Shown: positions 23,836-35,489 of the stretch, piece after piece
Numbering within the stretch: position 1 is the first letter of the stretch
Layout of the letters: each line of letters begins with the position of its first letter
DNA from: Saccostrea cucullata
Lineage: Eukaryota
Length of the DNA stretch: 64,000 nucleotides
NCBI RefSeq assembly: GCF_032062105.1
Contig: NW_026925088.1
Location: 62,001-126,000, forward strand
Reading direction: 5' to 3'
Notes under the pieces: generated by a model
What the model saw: only the letters and a program-made list of their open reading frames with translations
Database searches by the model: none
What the model was told of the DNA's origin: nothing
Position numbers and translations under genes: made by a program

Positions 23836-24144
23836 GACGAGAACAGCCTTGTAGGAATTACTTAAGGGTTTAATTGCGCCCTTTATAACTTTTACTGATA
23901 TATAAAGGAAGTCTCTTGCTTTGGCCATCATTTCTACATTCTGATTTATTGACGGCTTTTTATCAATACACAACATAAATTTTCAAGATTTTGATTCAAG
24001 AATTGAAAAATAAGTTGCTGATAATAGAATATCAATATTTCGCAAATTCTATTGAAGATATCCAGTAATGTTGTTAGCAAATGCAATCTATCGTTTACTG
24101 GCCTATTTTTATTCAAATTGTGAGGCCATTATTTTCACACTGAA

Positions 24145-24790
24145 TTGTCTTCCGACGACATTGCCCTACTTTCATCAGCAATGAACCATCTTCAGTCTAA
24201 AACAACCATATTGGAAGAAAAATCCGCAAAAGTTGGGTTGAAGCTGAATGCCAAGAATTGCAAAGTGATAAAGATAAAAAGCAAGAGTGAAATCAGCCTG
24301 CCAGTTGGAAACAGCGAAGCCGACGAGGCGGACAACTTTACCTACCTCGGCGCCAATATCACTAAGAATGGAGATGGGACTTCTGACATAAGGAAGAGGA
24401 TAGCACTGGCCGGTGCATCCTTCAGGCGACTAGCAAACATCTGGAACACTACAGACAGTCTAAAGATTTCTTTCAGTAGAAAGATAAAAGTCTCCCTCTT
24501 TAGGAGTCTGTTCCTCCCTGCATTGCTATATGGATGCTAGACTTGGAAGTTTACCAAGACAGAGGAAAAGAAGATTGACAACTTTTAAAACACGGTGTCT
24601 CAGAAGGATTCTTATGGTCAGATGGCAGCAGCATATCCCAAACAAGACTGTTCTGGAGATGGTAGATGTAGAAAGCATCAGTGGTGAGGTGAGGAGGAGG
24701 AGATAGAATTGGATCGGCCATGTGCTTAGAAAGGACCCAACAGATGACTGTGTTGTGGCCCTCGGGTAGACACCTGAAGGGAGAAGTAAG
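24145..24790 (+). mobile_element. RTE-type LINE RT/C-terminal fragment
   Basis: DDIALL...GLKLNAK...FTYLGANI...DIRKRIALA...LLYGC, followed by a frameshifted WIGHVLRK. Confidence 0.75.
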
Positions 24791-25267
24791 CAAGATCTTG
24801 GTTGTTAGATTACCATTAACGTCTTTATGATGCAAATTAAGAGTCCCAAGTTGTTGTTTTTTTATTATTCAACAAATAGCATTCATGTTCCTCCTCCCTT
24901 CTTACATTGATAACAGAAATGAAGGTGACATTACAAGCCAAATGCTGTAGCTAAGAGAAAAAATGAGGCTCGCTGAACTGAACAGATTGTAACATGTGTA
25001 ATTTTTGTCTTTTGACCTGAGTTTGCTAACTGTGTTGTCAAGGAACTATTTTATATACCATTTCTGAATTGTATGTTTGCGATCGGAGGCCTACATGCTT
25101 TTGTGTCCATATATGCATTTCTTAATTAATAGTTAATTTTTAAAAATGTTCTCCATCGATTTTTTTTTTAATAAACTAACTTACTCGTTATTTTGGTTTT
25201 ATAAAATGTGTTTTGAGAAGAGCCCTAGAACTACTACTTCCATAGACGCGTACTAGGGCCCACCACT

Positions 25268-27354
25268 TTTGTAGGTCACCTGAGTAAACTCAGGTGACAT
25301 ATTGCTATAGATGATATCTGTTTTCGTCCGTCGTCGTCGTGCGTTGTGCGTTGTGTGTTAACATTTGAACATTTTCAGCTTCTTCTCTGCAACCGCTCAA
25401 CCAATTTTGGCATATAGCATCTATGGGTGAAGGGGAACAAAAATTATTGATTTAATGGTCCCTGTCCCCTGGGACCTGAGGGGTTGGGCAAAAACCACTA
25501 AAATTAATGCAATCTTTCAAAATCTTCTTCTTTACTCCTGGACATCAAGCAGTCAAACTACTGTCATGATTGTAATCAGTATTGAGTCCTCTAACAAAAT
25601 TGTGGATTTCATGGCCCCAGGGTCGGGGTTGTAATGCTAGTGCCGAATTAAATAGATTACATTGTGAAAATGCATTATTTCTTTGAAATCTTCTAAGCTC
25701 CTGAGCATTAAATAAACTAACCAATTACATAGTTATGTTAAATAAGACTGCCTCTTCCAAAATTGTTAATTTTATGGCCCCGGGATCAAGGGTTCTAGTG
25801 CTAGGGCAGGGCTATAGATTCACATTGATAGGTGAATATGCACGATTTCTTTGAAAATTTTCTTCTCTGCTCCTGGGTTTTAAACAAATTAGCCAAGTAC
25901 ATAGTTATGATGAGGAAGGAAGCCTCTTTCAAACTTGTGAATCTCATGGCCCCCGGGTTGAGGTTCAAATGTAGGGCGGGGCTCTACGGATTACGTAATG
26001 AAAATGCATAAATTCTTTGAAAATCTTCTCTGCTCTTGGGTATCAAATAAACTAACTAGGTACATAGTTACAATGAGAAAGAATGTCTCTTCCAAATTTG
26101 TGAATTTTATGGCCCCTTGGTCGCGGGTTCTGGTGTTAGGGCAGGGCTCTATTGATTATATAGTGAAAATACATTCTTTAAAATTCTTCTTCTCTGTTCC
26201 TTGGTATTTATGGCACGCCAAATTCACAAAAATGAGCTAAACACAGTTTCACAGTTGATAAACTAGGTTTATCGACTGTAAACTATAATTTACAAACCGT
26301 AAACTATAGTTAACAATTCGATAACTATAGTTTTCATCTGTAAAACTAAATTTAATGGTTGTTAACTATACTTTACGAATGCTAATTTTAGTTTATTTAT
26401 CAGTAATAAAACGTTAACAATAGATTTTGTTGATGAACATAGATTCACATGAACTATGTAAAACATAGTTCACAAATGAAACTATATTTACAATCTATAG
26501 TTAAGAGTGTAAACTAGTTTAGTGCAAATGATTGTTTTCATGCAAATGATTTTTTTTAAGTATAGTTTACGGTTCTGAAACATAGATTATCGTGTTAACT
26601 ATGGTTTACAGATGTAAAATATAGACTAACGTTGTTAAATAAAGTTTACAGTCCGTAAACTATAATTTACAACCGATAAACCTACCTGTAGTTTATCGAC
26701 TGTGAAAGTATGTTTAGCTCATTTTTGTGAATTTGGCGTGTCATAGGTATTACATAAACTAACCAATACAAAGATATGTTGAATAAAGCTGCCTCTTCCA
26801 AAATTATGAATTTCATGGCATGGCCCTTGGGTCAGGGGTTCTGGTGTTTTAGGGCAGGCTCTAATAAGTAATGAGAATATATCACTATTTAGTGAAAATT
26901 CATTAATTCTTTGAAAATCTTCTCCTTTGCTTCTTGGTATTATGCCAATTATCTAATTACATATTCATGAAATCTTAGGAAAGGTGTCTCTTCCAAAATG
27001 GTTAATTTCAGGACCCCTGGCTCTTTGGTATTAATCAACCATTTATGATATAATAAAATTGATGATAAAATTTCCAAAATTTTGAAATATGTGGCCCAAG
27101 GGTCTGTGGTTCCTGTGATGTGGGGTGCAAAACTGGTTATAAACTGGAAATGCATTTTCTCTTTGTTACTCTGATCTACCTCTGGGTATAAAGTAAACAG
27201 AGTAACCATGCTAAGTGTGTAGTAATAAAAGCAATGGTGCCTCTTTCAAAGTTGTGAATTTCATGGCCTTTGGTTTAAAATTTGAATCAAATTCAATTGT
27301 TGGAAAGTGGTTACATGATACTCAGGTGACCTATAAGGCCCGTGGGCCTCTTGT
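25268..27354 (+). mobile_element. Helentron/HINE element with tandem ~165-bp satellite-like units
   Basis: Start AGGTCACCTGAG-TAAA-CTCAGGTGAC, (CGT)n/(TGCGTTG) tract, ATGGCCCC units spaced ~162-173 bp, end CTCAGGTGACC..AGGCCCGTGGGCCTCTTGT. Confidence 0.8.
26209..26745. mobile_element. Second TATGGC-ended TIR element with 6-bp TSD and internal AAACTATAGTTT-like arrays
   Basis: Long TIR TATGGCACGCCAAATTCACAAAAATGAGCTAAACA / TGTTTAGCTCATTTTTGTGAATTTGGCGTGTCATA; GGTATT duplicated at 26203-26208 and 26746-26751. Confidence 0.85.
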
Positions 27355-28483
27355 GTCAAACATAACTTTCTTTCTACCATAGAAATGAATGACCGATCCC
27401 AACCTTTTTTGTTCTTGAATAGTAAAACAAGGACTTCCTTAATACTACAAATATCAGAATAAATCTCGCACTGTTGGAAAGAGAAAATAATTACGATAAA
27501 ATAATATACAGAATTTTTTTATTGGTTGTACCAACTTTTTGATAGAAATGAAATCAATGCGGGGGCAACATGTTATATGTCAAAATGCTAAATTCTGGTG
27601 ATTACCTCCCACCCCACCCCACCCTCCCGCCAAAATACTTAAAATTGGTTTGTAAAAAAAAAAATGCACAACATGTAAATATGAATCTAAAATAATGGAA
27701 ATTCAAGCATGATTATGGTGTATTTTGTTGCCATGGCAACTGAAATGATATTTTTATAATCATTTTCAGAAACTACACAATACCTGCTTTCAGAATATAT
27801 ATATATACATTGGTAAATACAAAAATTGCAAGAAATACTCAAAAAATGGATTGAAATCTTAATATCAATTTGTCCAGAAATGCTTAAAATCTATGCCATG
27901 GAAGGGGTTAATAGGTAATAACACCATTTGAAATTAAAAAAAAAAAGTGATATCACAAGATTGAATATGTGATTTTATATACTTAATGGCATTAATTCTA
28001 CAACGGCTCCTCATACTTAGCACATTTTCTTTATGAGGTATTTTAGGAGGGTTTTACAAAAGTTATCGTTTTTAGTGGGGGGGGGGGGGCGGCCAGAGAA
28101 TTTTTTTTTTACCCCCTTGACAAGCAAAAAAAAAAAAGGGGGATAAAAAGTTACCTGAAGTCAAAAAAAAAAAATTCCTGAATTCTCCCTTGCAGTTTGA
28201 ATAGAAAATTACTCTGATTTAACATGTTTAAACTAAGTTTTGCCAAGTTTGTCTTGCAAAACAAAATTTAACTAAGTGGGGCATCCGTTGTAGGGAAAAT
28301 CACTTGAATAAGGTTATAAATAACTTGCATGTGCTCTCCATATTTAATTGCTGAAATTAATTGCTGGGCCATATATTCACAATATACTCTTGGCAGTCTA
28401 GTTTCGTTTTGCAAAAATGTGGAAATAACGGAACTTTCGATCTATCTTTGATTCCCGTGATTGTAAACTTCTTAAGTGAAAGC

Positions 28484-30377
28484 ATGGATGTCGTAGTAAG
28501 TACTTTTTTTCTTAACAGAAACTGATTATTTATCATGTTTATATATACTAGTGATGTTCAGGCCATATAGTTAGCAACATCTCTTTGTTAGTGGACTGTT
28601 AAATACATGCTTATTCTGTATATAACATTTGGTTTTCTTGATAATTATAAATCTCTTTAAAAATTTTGATATAAAGAGTTTTGATATAATTGGTCCAACG
28701 TTTCTAAAAATATCCCAAAACAGGAAATTCTAAAACTAAATATATATACAGGAGATTTTTAAAATGTTGTCGTCTGCTGTGGGTAGTTGACGGACAGTTT
28801 GTCCGTTTTCATAAAAAAAAATGATTATGGAAAGTCGTGAATTCATTTTCATTTTGTGAGTACATTTATTTTCTTTGGTGAACGTAAATCAAAAGAAAGC
28901 ACCGCGTGTCCCTTGAGAAATATTGATGAATTTTTACAGAAACCCTGTTTTTTCATTGTGATTTATAATAATATAGAATAATATCACAAGAAATATGAAT
29001 TCTGTTACAGGGAGTCAAGTTCATTTATTCTCTCAAAACTTAGCTCAGTTCAATTAAATTATTAACGATAAATGTTCAAACTACAAGAAAATGTGGAGGA
29101 ATTAGAGTTACTGTATTTCATTGCTCAGTGCTTAACATTATTTATTAATTTATTATAAACATATAAAAGAAAATGTCTGAATCGACGTATTTCAGATTAA
29201 TCAAGGCAGTGTGGACGAAGAAGAGCAAGAGGCTACGGATAATATAAAGAGAGTTCAAGGTCAAATTAACGAGCTGATCAACATACTGAATACGAATGTT
29301 GAGGCGCTACAGAAGAGAGGTGGGAATTTGGAAACATTGGAGGGTCTCGCAGATCAACTGTATGAAAAGGTCATTTTTCAAATTTAACAGAATGTTTCAT
29401 GCAGAATTTTACATACTCTAAGAGAAATAACAGTAAATGTTATATACTGTAAATCACGTTTTATTCGGAGAACTTTATTTTTGTGTAATTAGAGAAATAA
29501 TTAAAAGTATTCCTTATAATTATATGTTATGAAAATAGCCCTAATAAAGAATATGCTATATTATAAAATGTTTGTCTATGTATATTATAAAATGTTTGTC
29601 AATAATTTATTTTTTTGGTTTATATTGGATTTTATCTCGCTTGGTATTTCAAACTTGCTGGAATATCAATGATTAATTTGTATTAGAAAATTTTCATTCA
29701 AAAGTTTATAATAGCAGAAAAAGTACTTTCATCTTTAGAGAAAAATTCAATTCATACTTAAAGATAAATTTAATATATAGCTTCAGAAATAACCACACTT
29801 ATTCATAGAAAATTGCCATTTATGTTTACAGAGAAAATTCAATCAAAACTTCAGGAAAAAAGTGAAAGTCACACAGGAATTCAAGTCAAAGTTAATGACA
29901 AGATCCTTTCATGCCTATAGAAAAATTACTATAATCGTTTACTAATTTTTGAAGAAAAAAAATCCTATGATACCTATTATGGGGTATGCTTACTGAAATT
30001 TTCATTCTTTCTTTCAGCGAAATTCAAATCATACAGAAAAAAATTCTATCGTCACGCACAAAAAAAAAAATTTCCTACTTTCAGAGAAATTTCAAATTCA
30101 AAAATCTTTTCTACAGCGACAGAAAACTGCATTCATTTCTGACATACTTACCAAAAAATTCCAATTATTTATTTTAAACAATTACAAACAAAATTTTTGT
30201 CTGATTTATTTGTTTGTGTTACAGGCCGGTGAATTCAAGGTGGTCACGAGAAGAATGAGGTACAAACACATGGCCAGAAACAACAAGTGGTGCCTGTTGT
30301 CCGCGGTGCTCGCCTTCCTCCTCGTGGGACTAATTATAGGAGTGGTGGTTTTAGGAATAAAGCTATCGTCCGCGTAG
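28484..30377 (+). CDS. Synaptobrevin/VAMP-family R-SNARE (112 aa, C-terminal TM anchor)
   Basis: Exons 28484-28495 (MDVV|GTAAGT), 29196-29369 and 30225-30377, all phase 0. SNARE helix IKRVQGQINELINILNTNVEALQKRGGNLETLEGLADQLYEKAGEF with the zero-layer Arg; TM WCLLSAVLAFLLVGLIIGVVVLGI; AATAAA at 30851. Missed by the ORF track because the exons are short. Confidence 0.88.
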
Positions 30378-31342
30378 CTAGAGTCATGTACTTAAAACTT
30401 CGGGAGATACGGGTGTGTGTTGGGGTTAGCTACTGCATGTCTGTGTAGTTTGATTACATGAAATTTTACATTTACTGTGACTCTAATACAATGTATGTGG
30501 AGCCAGTGATATAGAAACTTGTATATGTACAAGGATTTCCCATGTTCTAAGTATGACTCTTGAAGCCAGTGATATATTTGTACAAAGATTATCCATGTAT
30601 TGTGGCTCTTGAAGCCAGTGATAAAGAACTGGTGAGCGTTGTGGCCAGTGGACCTCTGTACTTATTCTTTGCTTACGAGCTGCAGAATAGGTTTTTGTAC
30701 TTATATGTATGATGTACTAGTAGATAAAATACAAATTGTCTTTTTATTGTATATCTTTTATATTTTATACATGCTTGAATGTGCATCCGTCGTTATAGGC
30801 AATTCTGTACTTATTATACTAATTGCGGTATTTTTGCTCTGTTTATTTAAAATAAATATCGTGTGTGGTTGTATTTTGTTGTTTTATTAGGGTTAGCAAT
30901 TAGTTATTGATTAAATTAATATGATGTGGTACTCTATAAGGTTTGTTAAAAGATGCTTAGTGGAGTTTCTTTTACATTCGACAGCTGACTTTTACATTTT
31001 AGTAACTGGAGTTTGTCTCTGTTTAAATTGTAGTTCTAAGTCAGTCGTGACTCTTCGATTGTAAAAGTAAGTCTCTTCATAAAACTCCAGTATGAACTTT
31101 TCTGACTTTAGATTTCTTATATATTATATGTAGGAATTTAATTATCATAATGAAAAAAAAAGTTATAAAACAATAAAAAGCGTACCGACCATGGGAACAA
31201 ATCTTCCAAAAAAATATCAAGAACAGCAAAGCCGTGATTAATTAAAAGATTATGGAAGAATTCTCAGAAAGTGTATGTTTCAAATTTATTCAAATCATGG
31301 CCCCTGGGGGTATAAGGTAGGGTCACAATAAAATTGAAAGTT

Positions 31343-31491
31343 CAGTGGCGGATTCTGGAATCTTGAAAAGGGGGACCAGTTTGAGGTCAGGGTAAGGGCC
31401 AACAGCCACACCCTAAAAAACGGTTTATGAAATCTTATGTATATATTTTGGATACAAAAGGGGGTCCTTGGGCACTCTTAATCCGCCAGTG
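31343..31491. mobile_element. Small MITE
   Basis: TIR CAGTGGCGGATT / AATCCGCCAGTG with AAGTT repeated on both flanks. Confidence 0.6.
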
Positions 31492-31913
31492 AAGTTTTAC
31501 ATTGAAATATATGTAATATAAAAATTGCTGATGACGTATCCTCTAGTTCTATGTCTACCATTCTGCGGCCACAGTCTACCACTGGTGATACTGCCACTTC
31601 CGTGCGCTTCCCAATTAAAAAATAAGATTTAATTCTCTACAGTTCCAAAGTACATTACAGAATCTCTGGGGATTTTCAGACAGGTCTAAAAACTTTTTTT
31701 TCTTTTCACACCCGATGCTGCATGCGTTTACAATGCAGCCTATAAAAGTTACTTCAAGTAACCGAAAAGTTACTTTAAATTCGTTCTAGGTAAATGGAAC
31801 CCTTGTAAGAAAATAAATGATTCGTTTTGAACCGATTACATTATAGGCCTATACCCGGCTATACCAACTGGAATCGGTTGTCTATATTAATATTGTCTTA
31901 CTTTGTACGTGTA

Positions 31914-33180
31914 ATTATGTTCCCCAAACGGAGTTTGGGAACATATTGTTTTTACTCGGTTTCTTATTATTATTATTATTATTATTATTCTTTTTTTTCT
32001 TCTTTGTTCTCCGGTACTTTTTTTGTCCGCGAGTGTTCTCAGAAACTGTTCACCCAACTGAGCTAAAACCTTTTTAGGGTTAATAGGTGTGTAGTGTAGG
32101 TGTGCAACACGAAGGTTATTTTGCGCGCATACGCATGCACGTGCGGGCGCGTGAAATGAGTGAAATGACGGATATACTTTATATAGCCATAACTTTAACA
32201 TTTTTTGATGAAATATTTTAAAACTCATTTAATAAGGATATATTCATAGTGTAGATAATGTGACACTGTCAAATTAGCACGAACTCACGCGCATGCACGT
32301 GCGCTTCGCTCTGATTGGCTGAAACAGAAATCTCAATATCTTTTCTGTTTTTTGACAAAATGCTATGAAATTTAAAATATAGGCATACTTTAGGATGTAC
32401 TACAATATGATATATAACAATTGTCATGTAAACACGCGCATGCACGTGCGCTGCAATCTGATTGGCTTAAACTTTAAATGGCTATAACTCCCTTGTTTTT
32501 CAACGAAACAGTATGGGATTTAGAACATAGACAAACATAATGGACTCCCACAAGGAGGTATGGTCGTCATGCACAGGCATGCACGTGTGCTTTGCTGTGA
32601 TTCGCTGAAACAAAAATCGCAATATCTTTTTTTAATTTTTGACGAAATGCTTTAAGATTTTAAACATAATCATGCATTAGGATGTCCTACAATATGATAC
32701 ATAACAGTTGTCATGAAAACATGTGCATACACGTGCGCTGCAATCTGATTGGCTTAAACTTAAAATGGCAATAACTTCCTCGTTTTTCAACCAAACAGGA
32801 TGGGATTTAGAACATAGACAAACATAACAGACTCCTACAAGAAAATATGGTCGACATGCACGCACGTGCGTGCACGTGAAATGAGTAAATTTACAAATAC
32901 ACTAGATTAAAACGTATTTTTTAATACTTTTGGATAAAACGCTGTAATTTCTAGTATATAAATAGTGTAGACAAGATGATAAGGTCATTACGCACATGCA
33001 TTCAAATGCGCATGCGTGCAATGCATAAATTTGAATATACTGAATATACTTTTGGGAAACATTGTTATAGTCTAAAAGGCATAGAGTTCGTCTTATTTAA
33101 TGAAGCTTTAAGGCACCAAAAGGGAGTTGGGGAGCGTTTGGGGAACATCTGTAACGGTTCCCGTTACAATTAGCCCTAGT
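31914..33180 (+). mobile_element. HINE / non-autonomous Helentron-like element
   Basis: SubTIR ATGTTCCCCAAACG / CGTTTGGGGAACAT, (ATT)n microsatellite, internal GCATGCACGTG tandem units, 3' hairpin TGTAACGG-TTC-CCGTTACA + CTAGTT. Confidence 0.8.
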
Positions 33181-33482
33181 TATATATGTTATATGTTTAT
33201 GTTCATTTATGTTCATAGGGCCATGATTTGATAATAAATCTTTTTTTTCTATTTCATACTAGGAAAGTCGCTCGTCCATGAGCATCCCCCCCCCAAAAAA
33301 AAAACTAGCGGAATAGTTATTCATGTTTGACTTCTTTTAATTATATTTAGAAAATCAATATTTAAAAGATTTCGAGTCGGGTTTATTTTGTGGTTACGGT
33401 TTCCGTTTATAAATTTTGATATGGTATTTACTCGTATTTTCCTCACTGTACATGAACCAAGTGAGCAAAATATGGATTGAAA

Positions 33483-33497
33483 ATGCAAATCGGAAGT
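33483..33497 (+). promoter_or_regulatory. Octamer + ETS motif upstream of H1 gene
   Basis: ATGCAAAT immediately followed by CGGAAGT, ~110 bp before the ATG. Confidence 0.35.
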
Positions 33498-33599
33498 GAA
33501 GTTTCAATCCGATGTTTTCGAGGACGTCCGCGTTTATAGTATATATTTCGTAACTCGACCTCGAGGCATTTCCCTTAGACTTCACACGAGGAAGGAACA

Positions 33600-34403
33600 A
33601 TGGCGTCTCCGACGAAATCTCCCACTAAGAAACCTGCCGCCAAAAGCGCCCCTAAACTCCATCCGACCTTCCTGGACATGGCCATTGAAGCCATTCAGGC
33701 CAATACAGACACCAAAGGCGCCTCCGTGCCATCAATCCGGAATTACATTACTGAAAAATATAAGACTGTAGACCCTACGACAGTTCGCTTCCACCTCAAA
33801 CAAGCTCTGGCGAAGGGCGTGGAGAAAAACATGATCTTAAAAACTAAAAAATCCGAAGAAAGACCCATCATGACCAGCAGATTCAAAGTGAACAAGGTTA
33901 AAAAAGCGGCAGAGAAAAAGAAACGGACGGACAGCGAAAACAAAAAGGCGGCAAAACCAAAGGAGACCAAGAAAAAGGAGACGGCAGCCAAGAAAACCAA
34001 ACCCAAGGCCACGAAACCAAAGGCGCCTAAAGCAGCAGCGAAGTCGCCTAAGCCTAAAGCTAAGAAGTCTCCAGCGAAGGTGAAGAAAACACCTGTCAAG
34101 GTCGTCAAACCAAAGGTAACTCCATTTTTATTTTCATTTTTAATAGCAAAAACGCAAACTATTGATAAAGATGAATTGAAAATATACCATAACGTAATGT
34201 GGCATTGTAGAAATGTTGATGCGACAGATTAAAAACTTGTTAAAGGCTGGCATTTGATGATTTGTGGCGCCAAATCATCATGAATGGCAAATATTGAATT
34301 ACACATAGATTTATGTACAGAAAATGATACATTTCAGTTGTTTTAATATTTTCAGACTCCAAAGAGGCCACAAAGTGTGAAGAAAATGAAGAAGGCTAAG
34401 TGA
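33600..34403 (+). CDS. Linker histone H1, oocyte/embryo type (B4/H1M/H1foo-like), 187 aa
   Basis: Exons 33600-34115 and 34356-34403 (phase 0, GT-AG). Winged-helix globular domain HPTFLDMAIEAI...KGASVPSIRNYITEKYKTVDPTTVRFHLKQALAKGVEK with the B4-type TVDP and RFK signature; K/A/P-rich tail with S/TPxK sites. Confidence 0.9.
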
Positions 34404-34675
34404 GAGCTATTGGAACCAAGGTGCGTTACTGTAAATAGAATGACTGCAAGGAAGTGTTCGATTGGATTTATATATCTACTGGTGCTTTAACTTATTCAAT
34501 GTATGGGAGATGACATTGGGTGATTGGTGCTGAGAATTTTTATTTTACTTTGTTTTAATATGTGACTGCAAATGGCTACATTACACAAGTGTGCATTTTC
34601 AATTTTTAGATAAAGGTTTCTTAAATTTTGGGTTGTTATGTTTATCTCATGGAAATAGTTGTGCACAGCAAAATG

Positions 34676-34982
34676 AACTAGAGGTACTGTGAGCATCGAG
34701 CTCACTAAATGATACCCCCCGCCTCCCATATGATTACAATGGAAAAGTTCATGTTTTGTTGTGTCCAGGAAACCCAAAATATGTGTCGGATCAAAAAGTA
34801 AAATAGGAGGTGCACAATGGCAATATATAATAAAGATTCTGTGAAAGTTTCATTATATTTCACTCAGTGGTATAAGAGGAGTTGCGGATAAGAGATGGGT
34901 ACCCCAAAGCGTAACAGACAGACGGACGGACGGAAATACCGATTACTATACACCCTCCCACTTTTCAAGCGGGGGATATAAT
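34676..34982 (-). mobile_element. HINE-like element (same family as 17964-18452)
   Basis: Reverse-complement similarity including the (GACG)n tract and terminal hairpin. Confidence 0.7.
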
Positions 34983-35109
34983 GAAATTCATTGATTAAAG
35001 ATATCTGCAAGTGTTTAAGCTATAATATCTTAGTACATGAATCCATCATGTGAATGATAATAAATTCTGAAGTATCGTTTTGGAAAAGCATCCAAGAACA
35101 AAAAATAAG

Positions 35110-35489
35110 TCATATTGGTATGGAAGCATGCTCTGGAAGAATCTAAATTTATTCAAATATGGCGACCTCAAGTTTGGTGGGGCTGCAACGGGGGGTTGGA
35201 GTTTTACATTGGAATAACTGGGGGGGGGGGGGCGGGGTGAAAATATTTTATGGAAATGACATGATTTTAAGAAACTTGAATCTACCATGCTTGGAGTTGC
35301 TACCAATGTTGATACATGGCTATAAATGATGGCCATGCTGTTTTCTGAGTATTTTTCACCCCCACCCCCCCATTATTCTAATGTAAAACTCCAATCCCCA
35401 TTGCAATCCCACCTTACAACTTGTGCTTGTCATTTGAATAAATTTAGATTCTCAATGTGCTACCAGAGCATGCTTCCATACCTATATGA
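35110..35489. repeat. Inverted repeat of pearl-satellite-derived arms (~135 bp arms, ~105 bp spacer)
   Basis: CATATTGGTATGGAAGCATGCTCTGG...GGAGTTTTACATT...GGGGTGAAAA versus TTTTCACCCC...AATGTAAAACTCC...CCAGAGCATGCTTCCATACCTATATG. Confidence 0.7.

Noticed and set aside
33743-34108. Hydrophobic 121-aa minus-strand ORF
   Set aside because: Antisense shadow of the Lys/Ala-rich H1 tail.
34116-34232. C-terminal extension of the H1 ORF in the ORF track
   Set aside because: Read-through into the intron; the true end is exon 34356-34403.
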